The notes beneath the pieces are model-generated. The model had not been told where the DNA came from, ran no database searches, and worked only from the letters and a program-made list of their open reading frames with translations. Below, piece by piece: positions 53,201-64,000 of a DNA stretch of 64,000 nucleotides (position 1 is the first letter of the stretch; each line of letters begins with the position of its first letter). Source of the stretch: Phoronis australis (Eukaryota; Animalia; Phoronida); assembly GCA_002633005.1 (NCBI GenBank), contig NMRA01000114.1:147570-211569 (forward strand), in the 5' to 3' direction. The position numbers were made by a program, and so were the translations under genes.

Positions 53201-56200
53201 AAAGCTGATGAAATGTGGAACTCTGTAGATCAGTAGATCGAAAAGAAGGAGAGGTGTCACAAAAGTTTGTGCAGAAAACAGCTGCTTTGCCCAACTAACA
53301 TATGACATGTCCTGCTATACTGCTGAAAGGACATAGATAAAAATTAAAAGGACATAGAAACGCATAGCAACGTTTCAAGGCACCAGCAGTAGTACTAAAG
53401 CTGAAGTTGCTGAAAGTGACACAGATGTTATCCAAGATTTCCCTACAAAATCAATTATACTTTCAAAATCTAAAACACGAAATTAACCAGAACAAGATTG
53501 GAACAGTCTGACACATGAGTAATGGTTACATCATTTGTGAGCAGGAAAAATGTTTTATCAAACACATTCCAAGAAAGAGGAAAAAGTAATAAATTTACAG
53601 CTTTTTAAAACAGGTATGTGTGTTTTTGAAAGGTACATCTCAGTGTTTTCCAAGTGTGTTCAGTATTTTTATCAATAGATTTTCTACTTGTTCAGCCCCT
53701 TGTCTGCACATGCCTTAGACAATACCGCTGGCCCAGTAAAGGTTGTGATCATACCACAAGTCCACAATATGCCGGATGCTTTTCGGCAAATTTTGCACCA
53801 CACTAATTAAGCCATCAGTCATGTTGCTATGAGTTTAGAAATAACTTTTCAGCATAGAAGGATGCCTTAGGAGGCCGTTAATGTTTTTATTTGTTCCCAG
53901 TTTCTACAAATACTCCTGCAGTCCTGTTTTTCGAACACTCCGTCATTCAGTTGCCTAATCAACACTGCTTGGGCCACGGGATAATCATAAGGCTTTATAG
54001 TGTGGGTGCGATTTAAGCACTTTAAGTCAAAAATTTTTGAGAATGCTAAATGGAGTAGATGGTAGCAATAAACATGCCCAAGTGGGGTAACCTCTTCTAA
54101 ATTTTTCGTAAACTTTAATTACTTAGGTGGCTGCAACACGTATAGGTACTATCTTACTACCCATGATGCAGGTGACAAGGTCTCAGTTAACTTCCTGTTT
54201 GTTAGCCGTTGCCCTTGACGAGATCCTCTTTAGAATCTTGCAAGAGTTGGACCTGTTGTACAATTTCTTCTGTACACTGTAGAAAACATTTTAGCTTCAA
54301 CTACTTTAAAATTCTTTTTGAGTATTTTGCATTGACCCCAGAACCAAAAAGATAAACATCATCGAAAAATAGATCTTGACCTCAAACATACATGTAAGCA
54401 AGTTTAACCCCATGGTTTAAAAGTACAAATGCACAAAGTTTGGGCAACTTAAAACGGAACCACGTGTACCAATTACTTAATCAAAAAATATTCTGTCAGT
54501 GTATGTTATTAATCAGATTTCCTCAAAGTCATGTAAGCTTTGTCATAATTGATATAAATGATATTTCTGCCTACGCGCTACTTCGGTGGGCACTTACATA
54601 TAGTCAGAAACTCGGCATATTGTGAATAGTTCAAGTTTGTCCACAACAGATGCATTCACGAAACTAATTCATGTTTTTGCTAGAAGAACTGATGCCGAAG
54701 CCTTTCAATGCTAACTTGTCACTGATTCAGCCGCGTTTTAAAGTTGATATTCATGGGTAGAGAGAAATGCGGCAATAAAGAGACAATTAAGATTCGCTTT
54801 GACAGATCTTTATTTTGCTTTAGTCAACGGTACATTTGTGTAAATGTCATCAATGTCATTGGTCTTTCACTAGTCTGAAAATGAAATTTAAAACAGTAAT
54901 TATGCAGTTACAGTGGTGATATGCTCGAATACAGAATGAAAGACACTTGTGTTGAATACAGACTGACCGAGTGGAAGAGTAAAGAATTGTCAAAATACAA
55001 GTCAGAGTTATAAATGTAGTTTTAGTTCGAAGAATATATTTCTGGCCACAGTGTCGACATATACCAGTGTCAAAAATTCATTCACAACTTTTAGAACTGA
55101 CTACAAAGTAATTTTCTCGCCTTTGCCAAGCCGACTATGCCCATTGGCATGAACCGGTCCCAAAAAGGACGGACCCAGCTAAGTTCATTTAATTTTTTTG
55201 TATTTGTGTCCCTATTTACTCACAGATGTAACTTTTCTCACTATTTGGTTTTGATAATGAGGTCTTTTTTACTAATAACATAATCTAATAATATACTTTC
55301 AAATTGCGCTCCAACGTCAATCAAAATAAGTAGAGACTTGGTCCTTAATTTAGGGACGCTGCATGAAAACCACACTACTTATTATCAATAATACTGGGAA
55401 TTTAACGTAGACCTCACTCTAGATTTGTATCAAATCCAACACTTCACTTAGTAATGAAACTAAAATAACACAAGAGAGGACAATAAGTGTTTTCAGAAAT
55501 TCACAAATACGCAGTAAACTTTTCTCAGGTGAGTCCCTATTTGGGACTGTTTCAGGTAACAGGGGACTTGCTCCTGGAGATCTGGCTCATTTTCTAAGGC
55601 TTTGCAGCTTTCGTCTATGAACACCGGTAGGCAGCAACGAAATTTTGTCGCGAAACATTCAGTCATCAATCTATAGTAGGAAGAGTATGCATAAAGCGGC
55701 TCTAAAACGTCGAATAAAAGCAATTTCGCAGAATAGTCCAGAAGTGGTGATTTTCCATTTTAAATTAGTTGTTCATCAAGATGTATTCATGGTTATCTCC
55801 GTCGTCAGAAATATCCCCGAGATTGTGGGGTCAAGTTAAGGATAATAACATTAACGTTTAAAATGATGAACAGATATTTTTTAAAAAACGACAATAACTT
55901 CAAGCTAAAGTATTCTCAATTTCTGGATCAGGCGACCTAACATCCAAACTCAGATTGGTCTAAGACTTGGACTCTGAACTTAGTCAATCAAGCTAGCTTG
56001 TCCAATAAGCCGCCACTAGATTCTGCACCACAAGATATGTCGTATGATTCCAGGCTAGTATTCAGTTACTGTCTCGGTGCTAGAGAAATCTTGCCCGAAT
56101 CACGTGTCCCCATTTCAATTACATTGCAATATCACGCGTAATCTCGTCGTGGTTTTCCATCGAGGCCCTAACGTTACATAACTCTACCCAGTATTGGAAA

Positions 56201-56348
56201 AGTAGAACCTTTAGTCGTATGTCTAAGATTTGGCAGGATCTTGGTTAGGTTAAAAAAGCGTGATAGGCTCTGGTCTGTGTTTTTGAGATTTGATGCAGTT
56301 ACACCGTATGCATGTAATTTTACACCTTTTGGAAGTCACATAATACGA

Positions 56349-56676
56349 TGTACTGAGCCACAACACAACGTTCCTTACAATATATTTTTATCACTCCGGC
56401 TGGTCTGCTCACTCAGCTTGTCCTCAATATGACTTGAAGGTTGTTATACCCCAATTTTCTCTTTGGTGAACACACTTGGTACTTTATGCATTGATGATAT
56501 TTCACAATTTGTTTTCCTCAACCTACTTAGTAGGCAATCGGCTATCACCCATTTGGTATTGTTTACCATTAGGTACTACAGTAACCTATACCACTGAGTA
56601 TCCTACACTCAATTACACAATGGGTATCGTAAATTTGTGTTATCTCTTGGAATTAAGGAGCCCATCTGTTGTTACA
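56349..56676 (-). mobile_element. Solo-LTR-like element just 3' of gene B
   Basis: TG...CA termini (minus strand TGTAACAAC...GGCTCAGTACA), 328 bp, three copies in the window. No clear target-site duplication (TSD). Confidence 0.5.
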
Positions 56677-56808
56677 TGTGTTTGTGGAGCTTTTGGGAAA
56701 AAATGCCAAAATTAATGGCGTTGAGTGCTGATTTTGAGACGTAAGCTTCAAAAATGTTTAGTCACAGCCCGAATCAATTTTTCTAGGTTATTTTGTTTTG
56801 TTCGTTTT

Positions 56809-56930
56809 TTACTTACGGTAACATAAACACCCGGGGGGAAATCCGGCGCAATATCCGTCATTATAGTTCCAACGTTTGCAATTGTCCGAGCAAATAGAAG
56901 GAGCACATCTGCGGAATCTTTGCAGTGCAA
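56809..56930 (-). CDS. Defensin-like gene B, coding exon 2: (V)ALQRFRRCAPSICSDNCKRWNYNDGYCAGFPPGCLCYRK*
   Basis: Acceptor tcctctgtttcag| at 56931 is homologous to the gene A acceptor. The phase-1 join is in frame to TAA at 56811-56809. Canonical six-Cys CSab spacing C-x4-C-x3-C-x9-C-x6-C-x-C. Confidence 0.92.
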
Positions 56931-58829
56931 CTGAAACAGAGGACATTATTCACTTGTAAAATACAGTCGCATTTCATTCTTACCGCTCTAGTGGTAATCG
57001 TGTGCAGTTTCACCCCGTGGCTGAGAGTCGGATCGGGGTGCAACGATGGAATAACAGGACCACAATGTAGAAAGTGACGGAAATACAGCTTGTTGCATAA
57101 CATTGTTGGAGGGCATGTTCTGAGAAGGAAAGACACGTGGGACTGTCAGATCATTATCAATTAGAGCATCCGTGCAGTTCATGAAGCATACAAGTTGACT
57201 ACCACACTGTTGAAATATCTCTAATTTATCTTAATCTGAAGATGATTTTAAATATGACCATTTCTGTCAAGGCGAAGTTGCGGTCATTAACATATAATAT
57301 GGATAATTAGACAAATTGTTGTCAAATGATAATTTCATGAGTATACATGTACACCTGTACACCATGTATACTTGCCTTAATATAGTATTAAAAATATCTG
57401 TCATATACTGTAGGTGATGATAACTGCATATCACGAATCGAGATTGTGATAACCCACAGATATACATATATAGATTATTACATGGCGAAGTCGTTATCTC
57501 CCGTTATCACGTTCGATGGCGTCAGACGCTGAGTGGTGTAGTGGTAAAGTCGACGACCAGAAACTTTTGAGGTCGGGGTTCGAAACTGGCCTCGATTCCT
57601 GCCAAAATGTTATATCACTAGTGAGATAATTAAATGGGTTATTACACGGTTGTATTGGCCATCCGAGGCTAATATTGTGGTATAAATATAGGTTATCCCA
57701 CATACATTGGAATACTGCTGCCATATTCTATCGAGAACACAGTTCATCTGGGAATGTCCCAACGAGACCCAAGGTCGCCAGTGGGGACACTCGCAGATGG
57801 AATGAATTCGAGATAGGATATCGCAGAAGTATTCCTATGTATGTGGGAAAACCTATTTATCCCTTATATTTGGACTTATTTGCATCATCGAGGCAATACC
57901 TTGTTGCCGTGTGATCCGACTTGTTGTTATATGACGTCATCTGTATGCCAAGTACGGTACCAAAATTGGTTAAGCTGCAAGACATTCTGTGAAAGTGTTG
58001 AATAACCAGTAAAGTTTTATTTTGTTATAAATTCATCGGAATTTTTAGATTGTGAAAGTTAAAGCATTGCACCATTCAATCATATCAAAAGTTTGTTGAA
58101 ACAATCCATCCGGGAATATAAAAATTGAAACATTGCCTGAACTGAGTTGTCTGCAATGGAGACCTTGTTGTTAGCTTCGATGAATTTCCTGGTCTATTTT
58201 CGTGTCTTAGCTTCTGAAATGTACATAGCAATAGAAACATTTCCCCGTGTTTATCACGGCATTGGGAAATAACGATGGAAATTGTGCTGATTTGCAAAGC
58301 ATGAGGTAAGGACTATCGCAAAGCAGAAGTTATACGCCACGGCAGGCGACGGAGAGTTGAGCGCTGCAAGCAGACGATTGCTTCAGTAAAAAAACACATA
58401 CTCGTTATTACGTCTTGATTTCCTGTAAAGACCTTAGATTCCATGGTAGATATACTGTATGCATCCATAACGAAACATTTTTGTAGGATTTGAATTAGAT
58501 TTTGGCAGATTTTACTAGCCGGTGACCTTACTCAGTTTGACCTACTTACATGTATGATGACCCAGATTGAAACTTCAGCAAAGCCCAAAAATAACCGCCT
58601 GATCACCGTGCGTCGGAATTTTCATCGGTAAATCTTTTCTGTTTTTAGAGCAGTAAAACTGCTTTTTCAGGAACGATGCCTCGAATTAATGATTTAGAAT
58701 ACGGCCTCTACCGTGATATACAGTGTACATGTGCGGATTGGCTCTATTTTCCCGTATATCGCAATTGAATACGTCACATATACAATGGCCATATTTTCAT
58801 ATATATGGGATAAATAAATTTAAAAATCT

Positions 58830-59190
58830 GGTGTTCAGATTACAATGATATGTGATTACGAATGTAAACAATTCATTTTCATTCACATGTACATGTATAC
58901 ACGTCTATCCACTCACACAAAGAGATTTAATATTATAAAGAATTTCATTTGGGTTGAGTTCTTCACATCCATATAGCAAAAATATAATTTTGTTGTACAA
59001 TTGCGGAATTTCAGAATATTTTGTTAACACTGGGGTGTTGGTTAAGTTTTTGGATGTATCCATGGACAGGTGGAGTTTACGACGGGTTCCTAGTTTGCTC
59101 CAGTTGAGACTATTTGGAGCCTTGATTGTGTTGGACCCTTCAGTGCATGCCCCTGTTATGGCTAAAATTGTTTGGTATTGTCTTTGAAAG
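58830..59190 (-). mobile_element. Deleted CR1/L2-like LINE fragment, same family as 44736-45755, in the gene B intron
   Basis: QYQTILAITGACTEGSNTIKAPNSLNWSKLGTRRKLH matches the 44736 ORF. Confidence 0.85.
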
Positions 59191-59837
59191 CCCTCCTCCA
59201 TCAGCTTTTACCGCGTCAGTAAGGCTGTTTTGAGTGTAACATAGTCCAGTGCATCAGCCATTGGCAGTCTGGTACAAACATGTAGGCCTTTACCTGTTAA
59301 TTGCCCATTCACTCTGATCCAACCCTGACTCTTGAGTATCTTTCAAACCTCTCCACGAAGTTGTCCATGTCCATGTCCTGCTTTTTATCAAACTTGGTTA
59401 GCTTCGACTTGACGCCACCAGTTGATCTAACATGGCTACCTTCGCTTCAACGTGGTCAGCTTTAAGTGCCGCTAGCATCCTCTCGTGTCCCACTCTTTCT
59501 CTCTCCATTTGCTGTTCAGTTTCGCGGGCTTGCCGCCGCTCGTCAGCCTCAGACTCTCGCGCTTGCCCTTTCCCTTCAGCCTCAGGATCTTGTTTTCTCT
59601 TCTCAGCCTCACGAGCTTCAGCTTGTTGTTTTTCAACGAAATGTCTAAGGCCGTCTCCCTGCAGACCCATTTCTGGTCCGAGGGCCATCAACTCTGTTAG
59701 TTGAGATCTTGTCTCCATAGTGAGTCGCTAATTCCAACAGTCCACTTTATCACGCCTTATTACCCGTCAGTAACCTCCTGGTGTGCTCCCCGATTAGCAC
59801 GCTTTTCCCCGCGTGAGGGTGAGGGCAGGTTGTTACA
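59190..59837 (-). mobile_element. Ty3/Gypsy gag 5' fragment in the gene B intron
   Basis: METRSQLTELMALGPEMGLQGDGLRHFVEKQQ plus an E/R-rich coiled coil, then KFDKKQDMDMDNFVERFE and QLTGKGL, typical of Gypsy gag N-termini. TGTAACA lies upstream at 59837. Confidence 0.75.
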
Positions 59838-61238
59838 GACCGGTGCTAATACATGTAGCTTTCGGCGCGACGATAGACTGAAGACTGGTTCGAATTAATC
59901 CGCGGCCAGAAATATTCTGAGACCAATTACATTAGAGATAAAGTCCTAATTCGATCTCCTTTCAGCCTGCTAAACCGTAGAACGGAATGTATATGCAGTT
60001 TTAAATTCGAAGTTTTAACAAAATCCAAATTTTATCCACTTCGCAAGCGCCACCAGACTCACCTTCGGCAGACGTAAGAAACTAGCAAAAACCCAAAACT
60101 TCGCGAAACATTGGAAAGCATGCAGTGTTTCCCCTGGGTTTTGAAAGGAGCGTGGTGGTGAATGCTTGATGCGGATGCGGAACCCGGCGCCACATGTGAG
60201 CATGGGATGAAGTGAGATCCACCCATCGGGGGCTGGGGGGGGGTTGGGAGACCTTCCCCAGGCAAAATTTGAAAATTAGATGTAACTGGATGCAATTTGC
60301 TCACCAAAGACAAGACCATAACTCGAGTCATGTAGTTGAAGTATCTGGGTAAAGGACACTTTTCAAGACAATTGGCAAAGTGTCCATAGTGTGATTTCTG
60401 TCGCAAAAAAACAGTCTGTGTTAAAATTCAATTATCTACGAAGTGGCAAACATAGAACAAAAACTATTGAACTTTGTAGACGTAATAAACTAATTCGTGT
60501 AACGAAACTTCCGTTGACATCGTCTTGCTATTATAAATCAGTGATAGTGGATTGGTGTTGGCCGGCGTCGCCGACGAATGCAGACGAATCTGAGACTGTT
60601 TAACATTCAATATCGTCATTTTGGCGCAGGGCTATGGTTGATTAAACTGTTGGATGTCACGCCCTGCAGTATATTTCACAATGTCTTTTGTAAACTCGGA
60701 CACGATGAAATGAATGAAGCAGAAATCTTACTGTTTCTTACCTCATTAGCGAGCCCTGGCGCTTTCCCGTTTTAGAAAATTCGCATCTAGGTCGTTGCAT
60801 GGTCCCCGGCTAAATTAAGTTTATACGCATTGTCGGATAACCAGGCAGAAAGGAGGTACAAACGGGAATTGGGATTCAATGATGGTGCGTAACGGGGGTC
60901 ACAATTCAAGATCCCGTTGTAAAATTATTGTTTTTCACTTTCGATCCACAAACGGCGAACGGTACCGTGTGACTTCTACTTATTCATTAGTACTAGCGAT
61001 CGTCTTCACTAGCGATCATTTTTACTAGCGATTTTTGCGTGGCGATGAAGTTTCGCGTCACGATTAGGTGTGCGGCGGTCAATTCGAGTGTGATTTACGA
61101 GTGGCGGGGCCAAAAAGGAGCGTGGCGGGCCGCCCAGAAGTTTACACGCAGGGGAATCTGAGCATTACAAGGACTGCACGTGATCACTTTAAATTCTTGT
61201 GGAACTCGACCCAGAGCACAGACATTTACTGTACTTAC

Positions 61239-61320
61239 CATCGTCTTCGCCATCTACCGACACCGCCTGGAGGCAGTTCACGGCCAGCATCAATAGAATG
61301 AATACCGCGATGCACTTCAT
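61239..61320 (-). CDS. Defensin-like gene B, coding exon 1: signal peptide plus acidic propiece MKCIAVFILLMLAVNCLQAVSVDGEDD, followed by a phase-1 intron
   Basis: ATG at 61320 and consensus donor G|GTAAGT at 61239/61238. 20 of 27 aa are identical to gene A exon 1. Absent from the ORF track because read-through stops early. Confidence 0.9.
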
Positions 61321-61650
61321 GACTTCTAGTTTTCTGTAATTCAGCGTCAGATATGTTACGGGAGACAAGTATGTAAAAGGAGAGACATGTATATGAGATT
61401 AAACGAAAACGTGAATAAAAGTTCGCAAATTTTTATGTCCTCTATAGAACAACTACCCTTCCGTATTATCTCATTGAAATTGAAACATATGGGGATACAC
61501 CGTCTTCTGCACACCAAGTACCCCAGATTTCTAGGTACAGTTAAAGAATCAAGTATATGAGCGCGTCTCTGAGAACTGCCTAACTCCATCTTTTGAATTG
61601 CGGATTTGAAAACGTCTTGTAACTTAACAACAGGCAGTTTGTAGAAAATG
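61321..61650 (-). promoter_or_regulatory. Conserved 5' region of gene B
   Basis: Paralogous to 19377-19690. Similarity ends at about 61650. Confidence 0.5.
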
Positions 61651-62559
61651 CGTACCTTAAGCTTTTATGTTGAGTTGACATGTTACGGCAAAAGAAGTTC
61701 GAGCATTTTTATGGTCAACTACCAACTGCGGTTTTGTTTCTTTGCATAAGAAAGTCTACTTATTCAGTACAAATCTTGACTACTAGGCCATAGGAAGCTT
61801 AGAAAATCATTTCCGTGACTACTTTCTTGGGGCAAGATAATTTTGGTGTTTTTAATGTCATTAAGTACTATATTATGAGAATTTTAAATAGTTTGAAAGG
61901 TTTGACTTGCAAGTTTTTGAGAACTTCGACCTCAAAAATTTGAATTTTTGGAAAATTTGGCCCAGCAAACCAATTTCCAAAAACCATTAACACTAGACAA
62001 AATGTGAATGACACTTTGACTGGATTTTGTTCATTTGCACAAGAAAAGTGATAATTATTATGACAATAGGTGGAAAATTTTCCAAAAAATGAAAATGGAA
62101 AATTTTAGCAGCACCTTTAGGTGGAAAATTGTTCAAAAAATGAAAAGAGAAAATTGTAACAGCCCCTTCTGTTGGCCAGAAAACATGCCACTATATTCTA
62201 AACTCCTACCAAAAGAACTATTTGGTGCTTGAAAAAGATTTCACATTACAACCTACGTATGAGCAACACAAATTTCGAATATTTCTGCAATGAATTCACT
62301 GCCATAACTTTAATTAATTTTCACAATTTAGTATCATCATCGACATTGTAGTATATTATCATCTGTCATAGGGAACGATACACCACACCATGTAGTCCTG
62401 ACGGCCACAAACATGATAAAATGTTGTCAATATTTTCCATTAGAGTACAAATTTAACTTCCTTTAGCATCATAGCACACACTGTTTATCCACTTCATTAT
62501 CATTCATATCATCATTTATGTCATCAAAAGTTATTTCTTGCGACACCGTGTATACACAA

Positions 62560-63110
62560 TCTCGAGAGTCACACAACTTAGAACATGGCATGCCTGACTT
62601 CAAACAATAGACCATTTTTTATACTGCAACCACTCTTTTCACACTTTCAATTAGCATTTTTCCTGATATCTTCTGGAGCTAAAGACAGAGTCATCCAGTG
62701 GAATTTCATACTACCCTGCTCAAAGCCTCCCATTTCCAACAGGAGATTGTGCACTGAAATGTTGTTGCAAGGCCTGTCTGTGAATGGCACGCTGTTAGTT
62801 TGCTCTTCTGGCACGTAACAGCAAATAATCATGACTAGGAGGCAGATATAATTCCATCACAGATTTTAATCTGAATAGGTGGTAGTGTGCTTTGTCAACT
62901 GTTGATGATTAGACGCCATACAGCTTGCTTGTTAAATGTCTTCCTTGAGTTTACCAGGAAACACAAATGTTGAGCCCAACTTTAATGGCAAAGCTTAAAA
63001 TCTCTCTGCAAGCTTGCACTACCTGGAAATATTTTTTTAATCAATCCCAGTACCGCTTCATCTAAACACTTCAGCCTTGTTACAGTAATTCTTTTAAGCG
63101 AAACAGATAA
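62560..63110 (-). pseudogene. Unassigned decayed coding relic, probably transposon-derived
   Basis: Protein-like pieces across frameshifts: QAVWRLIINS*Q, HYHLFRLK and MIICCYVPEEQTNSVPFTDRPCNNISVHNLLLEMGGFEQGSMKFHWMTL. Family not recognised. Confidence 0.35.
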
Positions 63111-63825
63111 CCATAATGCTCTTCACTTTAGCACACAGAAGGGGCAACAAGTGAAATTTTATTTTGTCAAAGTGCTCAGCAAAATTAAGCATTAAGAGAA
63201 AGTAGCGTAATTACTAGCATTGACTGCACTGTACAATTGACTTCAAACAATTTAAGACATAGAAAAATAGTTCAGACTTCAAAAATAGAGGAGTGGTCAT
63301 TTTGGCAATTTTTTGCGTGAAATTCAAAAGCGTCTTATTAACCGCTTCTTGTTTTAGAAAGCACATATTTGGAAAAGTAAAAGTTTTCCTATGCTAAAAA
63401 TTCTCCAATGCAAGAATGTCAAAAATGTGAGACACTGAAATCTGGGCAACTTTTGAATTTTCAAGAATAATGAATTAGAGGACATGGAAATATTTGCATT
63501 TTATATCTAATTGCAAACACTGCTCATGTTTTTACATAAAAGGGTTTGAAAACAGACTTGGAATTTCATAAATAGCAATGCTGATCATTCACATGAATGT
63601 AAGAACTACTGGCAGTACGTTGGAGATTGGGACGGCTAATAGTGCAAGTTTATCATACATAGTCTTTCTTTTTTCACTGGCCTAAACTAAGGATTTTTTA
63701 CAGTTAAAACACCTTCTCATTTGAAATGAGCTTTTCTCAAATAAATGAGCTTCGAAAAAAGGACTTAAATTAAATACTTAATAAGGTACTTCCCAGACAA
63801 TGCCACACTTGCAAATTCATTAATC

Positions 63826-64000
63826 GGTCTATCCTATATATATATAAGGTATACCACTAGCCTCATTCGCTTGAGTGGTCTATCCTATATATATATATAT
63901 AGGATAGACCACTCAAACGATTGAGGTCAGTGGTCTATCCTATATATATATATAGGATAGACCACTCAAACGATTGAGGTCAGTGGTCTATCCTATATAT
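63826..64000. repeat. Tandem array of palindromic units of about 52 bp, running off the window end
   Basis: gtggtctatcc(ta)n ggatagaccac tcaaacgattgaggtca is repeated. Confidence 0.9.

Larger units (their letters stand above)
53920..61650. repeat. Segmental duplication copy 2 (contains gene B)
   Basis: See copy 1. Same orientation and same block order. Confidence 0.9.

Noticed and set aside
19700-53900. Additional defensin paralogs between genes A and B
   Set aside because: I found no further match to the signal exon or the acceptor sequence by eye. A highly diverged copy could have been missed, and tBLASTn would settle it.

Overview
AT-rich, intron-containing animal DNA, probably from a marine invertebrate. 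That is an inference from the transposon spectrum (Tx1/L1, CR1-like, Penelope, Gypsy, Sola3-, Kolobok- and EnSpm-like). Most of the window is decayed or nested transposable elements and local duplications. The main result is two spliced, minus-strand, secreted cysteine-stabilised alpha/beta (CSab) defensin-like genes that the ORF track misses because a phase-1 intron splits each one. Gene A is join(19376-19295, 17874-17750), 68 aa with 7 Cys in the mature region. Gene B is join(61320-61239, 56930-56809), 67 aa with 6 Cys. They sit in two copies of a direct segmental duplication (about 8.7-19.7 kb and 53.9-61.7 kb). Signal-peptide exons and flanking non-coding DNA are well conserved, while the mature peptides share little beyond the Cys/GxC scaffold. 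No rRNA, CRISPR array or convincing functional tRNA was seen. All translations and alignments were done by eye and no database searches were run.
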